Part shown: positions 17,451 to 24,096 of the stretch, piece after piece | Numbering within the stretch: the first letter of the stretch is position 1 | How the letters are laid out: the number at the start of each line of letters is the position of its first letter | Assembly (NCBI GenBank): GCA_041752695.1 | Contig: JBGSVZ010000105.1 | Span: 1 to 24,096, forward strand | Source of the DNA: Terrimicrobiaceae bacterium | GTDB lineage: Bacteria; Verrucomicrobiota; Verrucomicrobiia; Chthoniobacterales; Terrimicrobiaceae | Reading direction: 5' to 3' | Length of the DNA: 24,096 bases | Translations under genes and position numbers: made by a program | The notes under the pieces: model-generated | The model's database searches: none | Told to the model about the DNA's origin: nothing | Seen by the model: the letters and a program-made list of their open reading frames with translations, nothing else

Positions 17451-19487
17451 ATGAAAACCATCCCTCCAAAAAGCCTCCTTGCGGCCTCTACTACCGCTTT
17501 CCTTCTTGCTCTGTCCGTTCCCTCGGGCATGGCGCAGACCCCCTACACGTGGGCGGGAACGCTCACTGGAGGCGCCCAGGACTGGGGATTGGACACCAAC
17601 TGGTCTGGAGTCGGCATTCCGAATGCCACTGATGACGTTGCCAATGTTACGGGAGATTTTACCACAACGGCTCTCCTTCTGGAACTCAATGCCAATCGCA
17701 CTCTGGGCACGCTCTCCATCGGAGACACCGGGGCAGGCACTGACACGGGTGTTACCATTCGCACTGGTGCCGGCGTCAATACGCTGATCTTCGACGTTTC
17801 GAGCGGGAACGCATCGTTGAGCTCGCAAGGTGCGAGCAGCAATTTGATCAGCGCCAATGTGCGGCTTGACGATAATCTCACTGTCGCGACGACAAGCTCG
17901 ATGAGTATCACCGGCACCATCTCCGAGAGTGGCGGAGCGAAAAGCATCACCAAAACCGCTTTGGGAAACTCCCTCACATTGAGCGGAAATAATACCTTCA
18001 CCGGCGGTGTGACGGTCAATCAGGGCACAATCAATATCGGTGGTGCGGCCGCGAACACGGTGCTGGGAAGCGGGACGTTCACGTTTGCGAATGCCGACGG
18101 CGGCGCCGGCAACACTCTTTCGCTTAACGCGTCCGTCAGCAAAACCTTTGCCAATAACTTCGTGCAAAACAATGCGGACGTCCAAACGGGTGCTGAGTAT
18201 GCACAAATTAGCATTTCTGGTGGCGCCGTCGGCTACCGGACGATGACATTTACCGGTAACTTTTCGACCGGGAGCAATTTTTACGGCGGCAATGCTAGCA
18301 ACATCGGGGCTCAAAGCCTTTTCCTGGCGGCGCATCAAGGAGCAGCCACCAATGAGGGGACCTTCTTCTTTACGGGAGATTGGTCCGGGTATAACGGCAT
18401 TGGAACCAGTGGCGCTACGACGAATGGCCAGGCCTTTCGCTTGCAGAGCGGTTCGTATGTCTTCGACAAAAGCGCCAGCACTGCCATTGGCGGCTTTGCC
18501 TTTCAAGGCACCGACGCAAACGTCGCAGGGAAGCTGATCCTTTCCGAAGACACGACGAATATGGCGAACGCCCTGCAATTCACCAACCAAATCGGCCAGC
18601 GTCACTCGGTCGGTTTGCGGGCGGGCGCCTCCACCACCGGAACGCTCTCGGGAGCCATTTCGATCAGCGGCACGATGGGCGCTGGGATCTTCGCGAGAGA
18701 TACAACTAGCAAGCTCACGGTGAGCGGGCTTGTTTCGGGAGCTGGGGTGGGCGGACTGGAAATCAATAAGTCCTATACCTACACTTCTGCCGATACGGTG
18801 AACTCGACCGAAACACCCACAGGCACTGTGGAGCTTGCGCGTCTGGCCGGGAATACGTATTCCGGAGGCACTATTGTTACGGCGGGAACTTTGTTGGTAA
18901 GCAACACCTCCAATTCCGCAACTGGGTCGGGGACTGTCAGTGTGTCCTCGGGCGCTACCTTGGCGGGCACAGGCATCATCAGCGGGGCGACGACAATCCT
19001 CTCCGGGGCCACTTTGGCCGCTGGAACCAGCCCTGGTTCGCTGGAATTCGGGAGCAACCTTACGGTGTCGGGCACCTCGGTGTTTGAGATCAGCGGTACG
19101 TCCTTCACGCTCAATGGTACGGAAGACTACGACCGTCTCAAGCTCACCTCCGCCAGTGCCTCATTGGATCTTACCGGCAGCTCCTTGTTGGTGTTGGATA
19201 TCGGTCACACTTTCGCCAATGGGGATGCCTTCGGCATCGTTCAACTGGGTGCATCTGCCAGCGTGACCGGTTTGCTGGGCGGATTTGCGGAAGGCGCCAC
19301 AGTGGGAACATTCGATGGCAAAGCGCTGCAAATCACTTACGCCGCTGATTTCGGCGACAGCGGAGTTATCGGACTTACAGGCGGCAATGATATTGCCCTT
19401 TACGTGGTCCCTGAGCCAGGCAGCCTCGCATTGCTGCTGGGTGGCCTTGTCACTTTGGTCACTGTCCGCCGTCGCCGCCGCGCCTAG
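17451..19487 (+). CDS. PEP-CTERM surface protein with autotransporter-associated beta-strand repeats
   Basis: Signal peptide ending GMA-Q; G/T/S/N-rich beta-solenoid; repeats LTLSGNNTFTGGVTVNQGTI and GNTYSGGTIVTAGTLLV; C-terminal VPEPGS + TM + RRRRRA. ATG at 17451 preferred over GTG at 17430. Confidence 0.92.
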   Translation: MKTIPPKSLLAASTTAFLLALSVPSGMAQTPYTWAGTLTGGAQDWGLDTNWSGVGIPNATDDVANVTGDFTTTALLLELNANRTLGTLSIGDTGAGTDTGVTIRTGAGVNTLIFDVSSGNASLSSQGASSNLISANVRLDDNLTVATTSSMSITGTISESGGAKSITKTALGNSLTLSGNNTFTGGVTVNQGTINIGGAAANTVLGSGTFTFANADGGAGNTLSLNASVSKTFANNFVQNNADVQTGAEYAQISISGGAVGYRTMTFTGNFSTGSNFYGGNASNIGAQSLFLAAHQGAATNEGTFFFTGDWSGYNGIGTSGATTNGQAFRLQSGSYVFDKSASTAIGGFAFQGTDANVAGKLILSEDTTNMANALQFTNQIGQRHSVGLRAGASTTGTLSGAISISGTMGAGIFARDTTSKLTVSGLVSGAGVGGLEINKSYTYTSADTVNSTETPTGTVELARLAGNTYSGGTIVTAGTLLVSNTSNSATGSGTVSVSSGATLAGTGIISGATTILSGATLAAGTSPGSLEFGSNLTVSGTSVFEISGTSFTLNGTEDYDRLKLTSASASLDLTGSSLLVLDIGHTFANGDAFGIVQLGASASVTGLLGGFAEGATVGTFDGKALQITYAADFGDSGVIGLTGGNDIALYVVPEPGSLALLLGGLVTLVTVRRRRRA

Positions 19488-19547
19488 GCACGCTTTGCGA
19501 TTGATCCTGGGTGTCGGTGGGGACCGCCAGGGGACATGAAGTTTGGG

Positions 19548-19586
19548 AACCGCCGCGATGTCGAGGACATCGCGGCGGTTTTTTTT
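19548..19586 (+). terminator. Rho-independent terminator
   Basis: Perfect 15-bp stem AACCGCCGCGATGTC / GACATCGCGGCGGTT with a GAG loop, ending in an 8-T run (19579-19586); 60 nt after the PEP-CTERM stop, between convergent genes. Confidence 0.92.
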
Positions 19587-19620
19587 GGTGCGGAACGAGC
19601 GGGGAGCCCTTCCTGGCTCG

Positions 19621-20787
19621 TTAAACCGAACCTTGGATGATATTTTTAAGGTACGAGGTAAAAAGACGGCCCGTGCTGGATTCGAGGTTTTGCTCGAGCC
19701 ATTGATTTTCGGGCAACTGTCGAAGTTTTTGCGGGGTGAAATCCTCCGGGACCCCTCCCAGCAGGAACTCGGGATCAGGTGCGCTCATCAGGTGGGCATC
19801 TTTCCATTGTTCGATTAGTTCACGATAAACATGCGCCAGCGGTTTTGGACGGTTATCCGTGGTGAACAGGCCAAGATCGTATTCCAGGGAATCAAAACGG
19901 AACTGCCGGTCGATATCGTGGCTGCACCACCAGGTAAACCACGTCGCACCCGCGGCGGCGGCGAGCTCCACGGAGCGGCGCATGTAGGTTTCCTTCTCGG
20001 CCTCGCTGCCCCATTCATTGCTGCAACCGAACTCCTGAATCCACACGGGTTTGGAAGTATCGCCGCCGCGGAGGATATGCCGGACTAGGTAGGTGAGGAA
20101 CGCGGAGAGGTGCTGTGAGGGCAGATCTGCCAGCCCGCCACGCAGTAGGGTTCCCGTAAAAAGGGGCCAGGCGTGCAGACACACGGCGTCATAGTTGCTG
20201 ACAAGGTGCTGCAGGCTGAAAACGTTGCCGAGAAAAATCGGCATGTGATCAATGCCGTTCACGATCCATTTGCCGGGCATGCGTGGCCGCAGGTACGAGA
20301 CAAGCCGATGCGCCCAATCATCGCCGGCTTCGGACGATAGAGCGGGCGCAAGCACGCTCAGCTCGTTGCCCAGGTCCAGGCCAAGGAAATTTTCATCGCG
20401 TCCGACCGCCGCAAGGATCGCGTCAAGGTACCGGCATTCCTGCGCGAATACCGCGTCCTTCAGGAACACGTCCGTTCCCGTTATGCCCGGAGGAAGAAAT
20501 GAATAGCCCGACAACCACCCCGTGAGTGCGGAGAGGACCACCTGCATCTTTCGCTCACCGGCCAGTTCCATAAGCGCGGCAAGCCGATCCAGATGTGCGT
20601 TGGAAACGTAGTTCGGATTCGGCTGAAACCACGGCCAGACGAGCTGCACGCGCAGGTGGTCGATGCCGAGAGTGGCGATGGCGTCAAAATCAGCGGCGAT
20701 CTCCTTTGCGTCCCAGTCGTTCCAGCAGAAGTACCAGCGTTTGGAGGGGACGTAGTTGAGGCCGAAATGATGGCTGGGCATCGTCAC
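19621..20787 (-). CDS. Clan GH-A glycoside hydrolase, GH5 (subfamily-18-like beta-mannosidase)
   Basis: FGLNYVPS..W, DHLRV..WP.FQPN, LGNE (acid/base), WIQEFG (nucleophile), TWWCSHD and EYDLGLF match the GH5_18 pattern as I recall it; no signal peptide. Start is GTG 20787 or ATG 20781. Confidence 0.8.
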   Translation of the reverse strand: MTMPSHHFGLNYVPSKRWYFCWNDWDAKEIAADFDAIATLGIDHLRVQLVWPWFQPNPNYVSNAHLDRLAALMELAGERKMQVVLSALTGWLSGYSFLPPGITGTDVFLKDAVFAQECRYLDAILAAVGRDENFLGLDLGNELSVLAPALSSEAGDDWAHRLVSYLRPRMPGKWIVNGIDHMPIFLGNVFSLQHLVSNYDAVCLHAWPLFTGTLLRGGLADLPSQHLSAFLTYLVRHILRGGDTSKPVWIQEFGCSNEWGSEAEKETYMRRSVELAAAAGATWFTWWCSHDIDRQFRFDSLEYDLGLFTTDNRPKPLAHVYRELIEQWKDAHLMSAPDPEFLLGGVPEDFTPQKLRQLPENQWLEQNLESSTGRLFTSYLKNIIQGSV

Positions 20788-20822
20788 TGATTACCCGGGA
20801 TGTGTGCCCTGTGCGACCTAAG

Positions 20823-20834
20823 TTAACGAATTCA
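20823..20834. promoter_or_regulatory. Putative LacI operator (site 5, TTAACGAATTCA)
   Basis: Two mismatches to TTAAC-NN-GTTAA; lies in the GH5 / beta-helix divergent intergenic region. Confidence 0.5.
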
Positions 20835-20896
20835 CCAAAAGTCCCTACCGTGAAATCGGGACTCTCCATGAAAACGTGTTACGTGTCAGGGACCCC

Positions 20897-23248
20897 ATGG
20901 CGAAAAGTAAGACATCCGGCGACGGCAGAGGCGGCTGCGTTTGGTTCATTCTTCTTTGTCTGCTTGTGGGCACGGGAGCGGGGTGGATCTTCTCCCAAGC
21001 GCGGCCGAAGCCGCCAATACCGACGTCCGTGGCCGTCCCATTGCCTGCTCCGGTCGAAATCGCGGCTCCAATGCCACCGCCGCTGCCAGTACCAACCTCA
21101 ACGCCGACCCCTCCACCCACTCCGGAACCGGTAACCAAGGCGACTCCCACTCCAGAACCCCGTCCGGCCCTGACTGCGTTGAGCGGCCGTCAATTGCCGC
21201 TTCAGGTGAAGCTGGTGAAGCCAACCACTTTTACCTTAACGAGCAAAGGTCGGCCGGCCGGCATTGCTACTGTTCCTGCCGGGGTCATGCTGCGGCTGGA
21301 GCGCGTGCGAAGTGAGGAACTTATTGATGTTCAGTACCAGCAAGCCGTCCAGAGCATCCCGGCAGATTCGACGGACATTTTCGACCGCGTCCGAAGCCTG
21401 GGCCAATATGTCGTCGCCCCGACCCCTGCTCCTGCGGTCGTCAAATTCACCGGCTTCGCGAGCCCGACGCCGGCGCGAACCGCGCGAAAAGCAGAGCCCC
21501 TACGCCCCGGCTCGCTGCTCCAGGAGGATTTCGACAGTGGGAACATCTGGCCAGGCATCGCATCGGAGGCGGTGGGCACCATAGATGAGGCCGGGTCAAA
21601 GGAGCCGTCCCTCGGGCTGCGGGCCAACGCTACCATTTCCAGCGGCCCTCTCGCGGTGAAGAGCGGCGGCGCCGATTTGGAGAAGCTCACGCTGGCCTTC
21701 AGTCTTTCGGCAAGTGCCGCCCTCCCTGTCCATGTGCGCATCGAATCCTACGATGCGGGGAAATCGCGAACCGGAGGGCTCGAAACCGTCATCTATCCTG
21801 CAGCCCCGGATTTCCATCAGCGCTACGCGCTCGATCTGGCAAGTTTCAAGCCGTCCGGTATCGGCACATTCGCTCCGAATGCGTCTTTTGTAAGCTTCAC
21901 GTTCTCCATCGCGTCCACGGATTGGAAGGGTGTGGAGAAACCTGAAATTCGTGTGGATAACCTGCACTATGCCAAGCCCGCATTTTATGTGAGCGCGGAG
22001 GGAAGCGACAACGATGATGGCCGCTCGGACAAGCAGCCGTTTGCCACCATCCAGAAGGCGCTCGATGAGTCCGGCCCCGGCGACATCATCGTCCTAATGA
22101 ACGGTTCTTACAGTGCGACTCCCGGGCAACAAAGCGTGGCCGCCTTCAAGCAATCGGGCGCTCCCGCGGCGTGGATCTCCTTGAAAAACCACCCCGGCCA
22201 CAAACCGGTCATCACGCCGATTGGCGTCTGGAGCGGTGTGATGATCAGAAACGATGTTTCGGAGCTTGGCTGGTTGGAAGTGCGCGGGCTGCACATCCGG
22301 GGCGATGCCGATGAGGCGAAAACGAAATACGCCGACGCAATCGGTCAGGTTGACCCGCATACCAATGGCAACGGCATCTCCACCGATGGAAGCAAGGGGA
22401 CGCTGCCTCCGCATCATCTCCGCTTTGCGGATAACCTCGTCGAATACTGTGCGGGAGCGGGTATCGGCACCGGGGAGTCGGACTGGGTGACGGTCGAGTA
22501 TAATATCGTCCGGAACAACTGCTGGTGGATGATCTATGCTGGCTCGGGCATCTCGTTGCTTGGCGTCGCGAATTTCGATGCGGTGGATAACACCTACCGC
22601 GACCTGATTCGCAATAACATCGTCAGCGGCAACCGCTGCTTCGTCGAATGGAAAAAGATCGGAAAAATCTCCGATGGCAATGGCATCATCATCGACACGA
22701 ACCACCTTCCCGACGAAGACAAGTCGCACCTTGGACGGACGCTGATTCAGAACAACCTGGTCTTCAACAACGGCGGCTCCGGCATTCATGCCTTTAAAAG
22801 CCACCGGGTGGACATCATCAACAACACGGCCTATCTCAATGGGGCGTCGCCGGAACTGCGCTGGGGACAAATTTTTTTCCAGCGCACGGACGACGGGCGG
22901 ATGATCAATAATATCCTCTGGGCGCGTAACGACCAGCCGGTGAACACTGTGGGCAAGGGCGGCGATGACAAGGCAAACACGAACATCGAGCGTTCGCACA
23001 ACCTCTATTTCAACGGAGAGAATCCCATCATGGGTCGAAGCGATAGAGTCCGTGACCCAAACTTCGTCAATCCATCGGTCGATCCGGCCGTCGCCGTTTT
23101 TCGTCTGAAACCAGGGAGCCCGGCCAGGAATGCGGGAACCCTGGAGCCCTTTGGACCCAGTTTGGACATCGAAGGAAATCGCCGGGCGGACAAGCCGGAT
23201 CTTGGCGCCTACGAGATGGGTTCGATCGGGCCGGGAGCCGTTCAATAA
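20897..23248 (+). CDS. Membrane-anchored multidomain right-handed beta-helix protein; putative polysaccharide lyase/hydrolase
   Basis: N-terminal TM (CVWFILLCLLVGTGAGWIF), Pro/Thr linker, two small beta domains, then FYVSAEGSDNDDG..PFATIQKA..PGD, DGNGIIID, NNGGSGIH and DIEGNRR..PDLGAYE. ATG at 20897. Confidence 0.82.
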   Translation: MAKSKTSGDGRGGCVWFILLCLLVGTGAGWIFSQARPKPPIPTSVAVPLPAPVEIAAPMPPPLPVPTSTPTPPPTPEPVTKATPTPEPRPALTALSGRQLPLQVKLVKPTTFTLTSKGRPAGIATVPAGVMLRLERVRSEELIDVQYQQAVQSIPADSTDIFDRVRSLGQYVVAPTPAPAVVKFTGFASPTPARTARKAEPLRPGSLLQEDFDSGNIWPGIASEAVGTIDEAGSKEPSLGLRANATISSGPLAVKSGGADLEKLTLAFSLSASAALPVHVRIESYDAGKSRTGGLETVIYPAAPDFHQRYALDLASFKPSGIGTFAPNASFVSFTFSIASTDWKGVEKPEIRVDNLHYAKPAFYVSAEGSDNDDGRSDKQPFATIQKALDESGPGDIIVLMNGSYSATPGQQSVAAFKQSGAPAAWISLKNHPGHKPVITPIGVWSGVMIRNDVSELGWLEVRGLHIRGDADEAKTKYADAIGQVDPHTNGNGISTDGSKGTLPPHHLRFADNLVEYCAGAGIGTGESDWVTVEYNIVRNNCWWMIYAGSGISLLGVANFDAVDNTYRDLIRNNIVSGNRCFVEWKKIGKISDGNGIIIDTNHLPDEDKSHLGRTLIQNNLVFNNGGSGIHAFKSHRVDIINNTAYLNGASPELRWGQIFFQRTDDGRMINNILWARNDQPVNTVGKGGDDKANTNIERSHNLYFNGENPIMGRSDRVRDPNFVNPSVDPAVAVFRLKPGSPARNAGTLEPFGPSLDIEGNRRADKPDLGAYEMGSIGPGAVQ

Positions 23249-23261
23249 GCCTTTTGATCTC

Positions 23262-23735
23262 ATGAAATTCGCACCCGCTTTTATCGCCGCTGTATGCATG
23301 ATTCTGGCTTCGATCCCGGTGCCCGGTGCTGGCCTTGCCGGCGTGGAGCTTTCGGCGCTCTACAAAAACCAAGTCGAGAGCGCACAGCGCACGGTGAAGC
23401 TTTTCCCTGATCGCACCGTTTCCATCGAGGATGAATGGAAGACCGCCGCAAGGCCGGTCGAGTACGCGTTTCAGTGGCTCACCAAAGCCAACGTTTCGCG
23501 TATCGCGGGCGGTGTGCGGCTCGATCAATCCGGCGAATCCTTGGAGCTCCGCATTGACTCGACCGTCGAAGGCCAGAATGAAATCGAAGACCAATCCCAA
23601 GCCAAGGCTCCGCAAGACTCTCTCAATGCCAACCTAAGTCGCATCGTCATCCGCCAAAAAACCGACGCGGAGAAAGTTGGTAGGAAAAGAGTGACAACCG
23701 CCTATCGAAACGCGTTGGCAACCATCAAAACGTGA
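23262..23735 (+). CDS. Small secreted protein resembling only the C-terminal beta-sandwich of heparinase II/III-like lyases
   Basis: Signal peptide MKFAPAFIAAVCMILAS; ELSALY..QVESAQRTV, VSIEDEW, FQWLTKANV and LDQSGESLELRI resemble the tail of heparinase II/III-family proteins (recalled pattern). ATG at 23262, 13 nt after the upstream stop. Confidence 0.55.
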   Translation: MKFAPAFIAAVCMILASIPVPGAGLAGVELSALYKNQVESAQRTVKLFPDRTVSIEDEWKTAARPVEYAFQWLTKANVSRIAGGVRLDQSGESLELRIDSTVEGQNEIEDQSQAKAPQDSLNANLSRIVIRQKTDAEKVGRKRVTTAYRNALATIKT

Positions 23736-23811
23736 AACTTTTCCTCCACATCGTATTCGCCACCGCAAACGTGCCGCGAATCGTCGCCCGCAGCTGATTC
23801 CGTTTCTTCCG

Positions 23812-24096
23812 ATGCACGCGCTTCAAAAACTCACCCGTCCCCGCGCCATCACCATGTGGGATTTTTCCTGGCTCGAACGTCGCTGGCCCGGTGCCGGCTA
23901 CGAAGACTGGGATCTCGCCCTCGATGAACTCGTCGAGCGCGGCCACGACGCCGTGCGCATCGACGCCTACCCACACCTCCTCGCCGCCGACCCGGTGCGC
24001 ACTTGGGACATCCTGCCGCCCTGGAGCACGCAGGATTGGGGCGCGCCCACGCCCGTCTCCGTGCAGGTCTGGCCCGCGCTGCCCGAGTTCATCCGC
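23812..24096 (+). CDS. Cellulase-like (sugar-binding cellulase-like, clan GH-A-type) protein, 3'-truncated; absent from the ORF track
   Basis: Hand translation MHALQKLTRPRAITMWDFSWLERRWPGAGYEDWDLALDELVERGHDAVRIDAYPHLL...; no stop before the window end. The AITMWDFSW / DELVERG.DAVRID N-terminus is typical of this family. Confidence 0.82.
   Translation, partial: MHALQKLTRPRAITMWDFSWLERRWPGAGYEDWDLALDELVERGHDAVRIDAYPHLLAADPVRTWDILPPWSTQDWGAPTPVSVQVWPALPEFIR

Noticed and set aside
17424..18605. 393-aa minus-strand ORF
   Set aside because: Antisense shadow of the PEP-CTERM gene; no recognisable motifs, and expected from GC-rich codon bias.
9243..20840. Identical 11-mer ATTCACCAAAA beside operator sites 2 (minus strand, 9243-9253) and 5 (20830-20840)
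   Set aside because: Only two copies, in opposite orientation relative to the operator; plausible by chance in AT-rich intergenic DNA.
21005..21170. Repetitive CCG/CCA/ACC-rich stretch as a DNA repeat array
   Set aside because: Encodes a Pro/Thr linker; no fixed-length repeat unit.
22094..23299. 401-aa minus-strand ORF
   Set aside because: Antisense shadow of the beta-helix gene; no independent coding signal.
1..24096. CRISPR array, tRNA/rRNA, IS/integrase, phage or defence genes
   Set aside because: No regularly spaced repeats, no RNA-gene-like segment in the short intergenic gaps, and no such protein motifs seen.

Overview
A dense, all-accessory carbohydrate-utilisation region, most likely from a Verrucomicrobiota (Chthoniobacterales/Terrimicrobium-like) genome. 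That taxonomy is inferred from the Verru_Chthon-type pseudopilin cassette, the PEP-CTERM protein, the LacI subtype and the SD-less starts. Left arm (+): truncated D-2-hydroxyacid dehydrogenase, Gfo/Idh/MocA oxidoreductase, TIM-barrel sugar isomerase/epimerase, GH130 mannosyl-glucose-phosphorylase-like enzyme, secreted beta-helix protein, small CBM-like protein and GH36 alpha-galactosidase. Centre: LacI-1 (-) divergent from a four-gene prepilin/pseudopilin cassette (D-B-C-A; A is a 1225-aa GspK/PilX-like protein) plus a coupled fifth secreted gene. Next, LacI-2 (-) is divergent from a PEP-CTERM protein with autotransporter-type repeats and a strong terminator. Right arm: GH5-type beta-mannosidase-like gene (-) divergent from a membrane-anchored beta-helix protein, a small heparinase-C-terminus-like protein and a truncated cellulase-like gene. 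No SusC/SusD, ABC or MFS transporter is present in the window. A 12-bp pseudo-palindrome (TTAAC-NN-GTTAA-like) occurs five times in four intergenic regions, including all three divergent promoter regions. This suggests the pseudopilin cassette, the surface protein and the beta-mannoside/alpha-galactoside enzymes form one LacI regulon, a candidate pilin-based glycan capture and utilisation system. All family calls come from motif recognition by eye; no searches were run.
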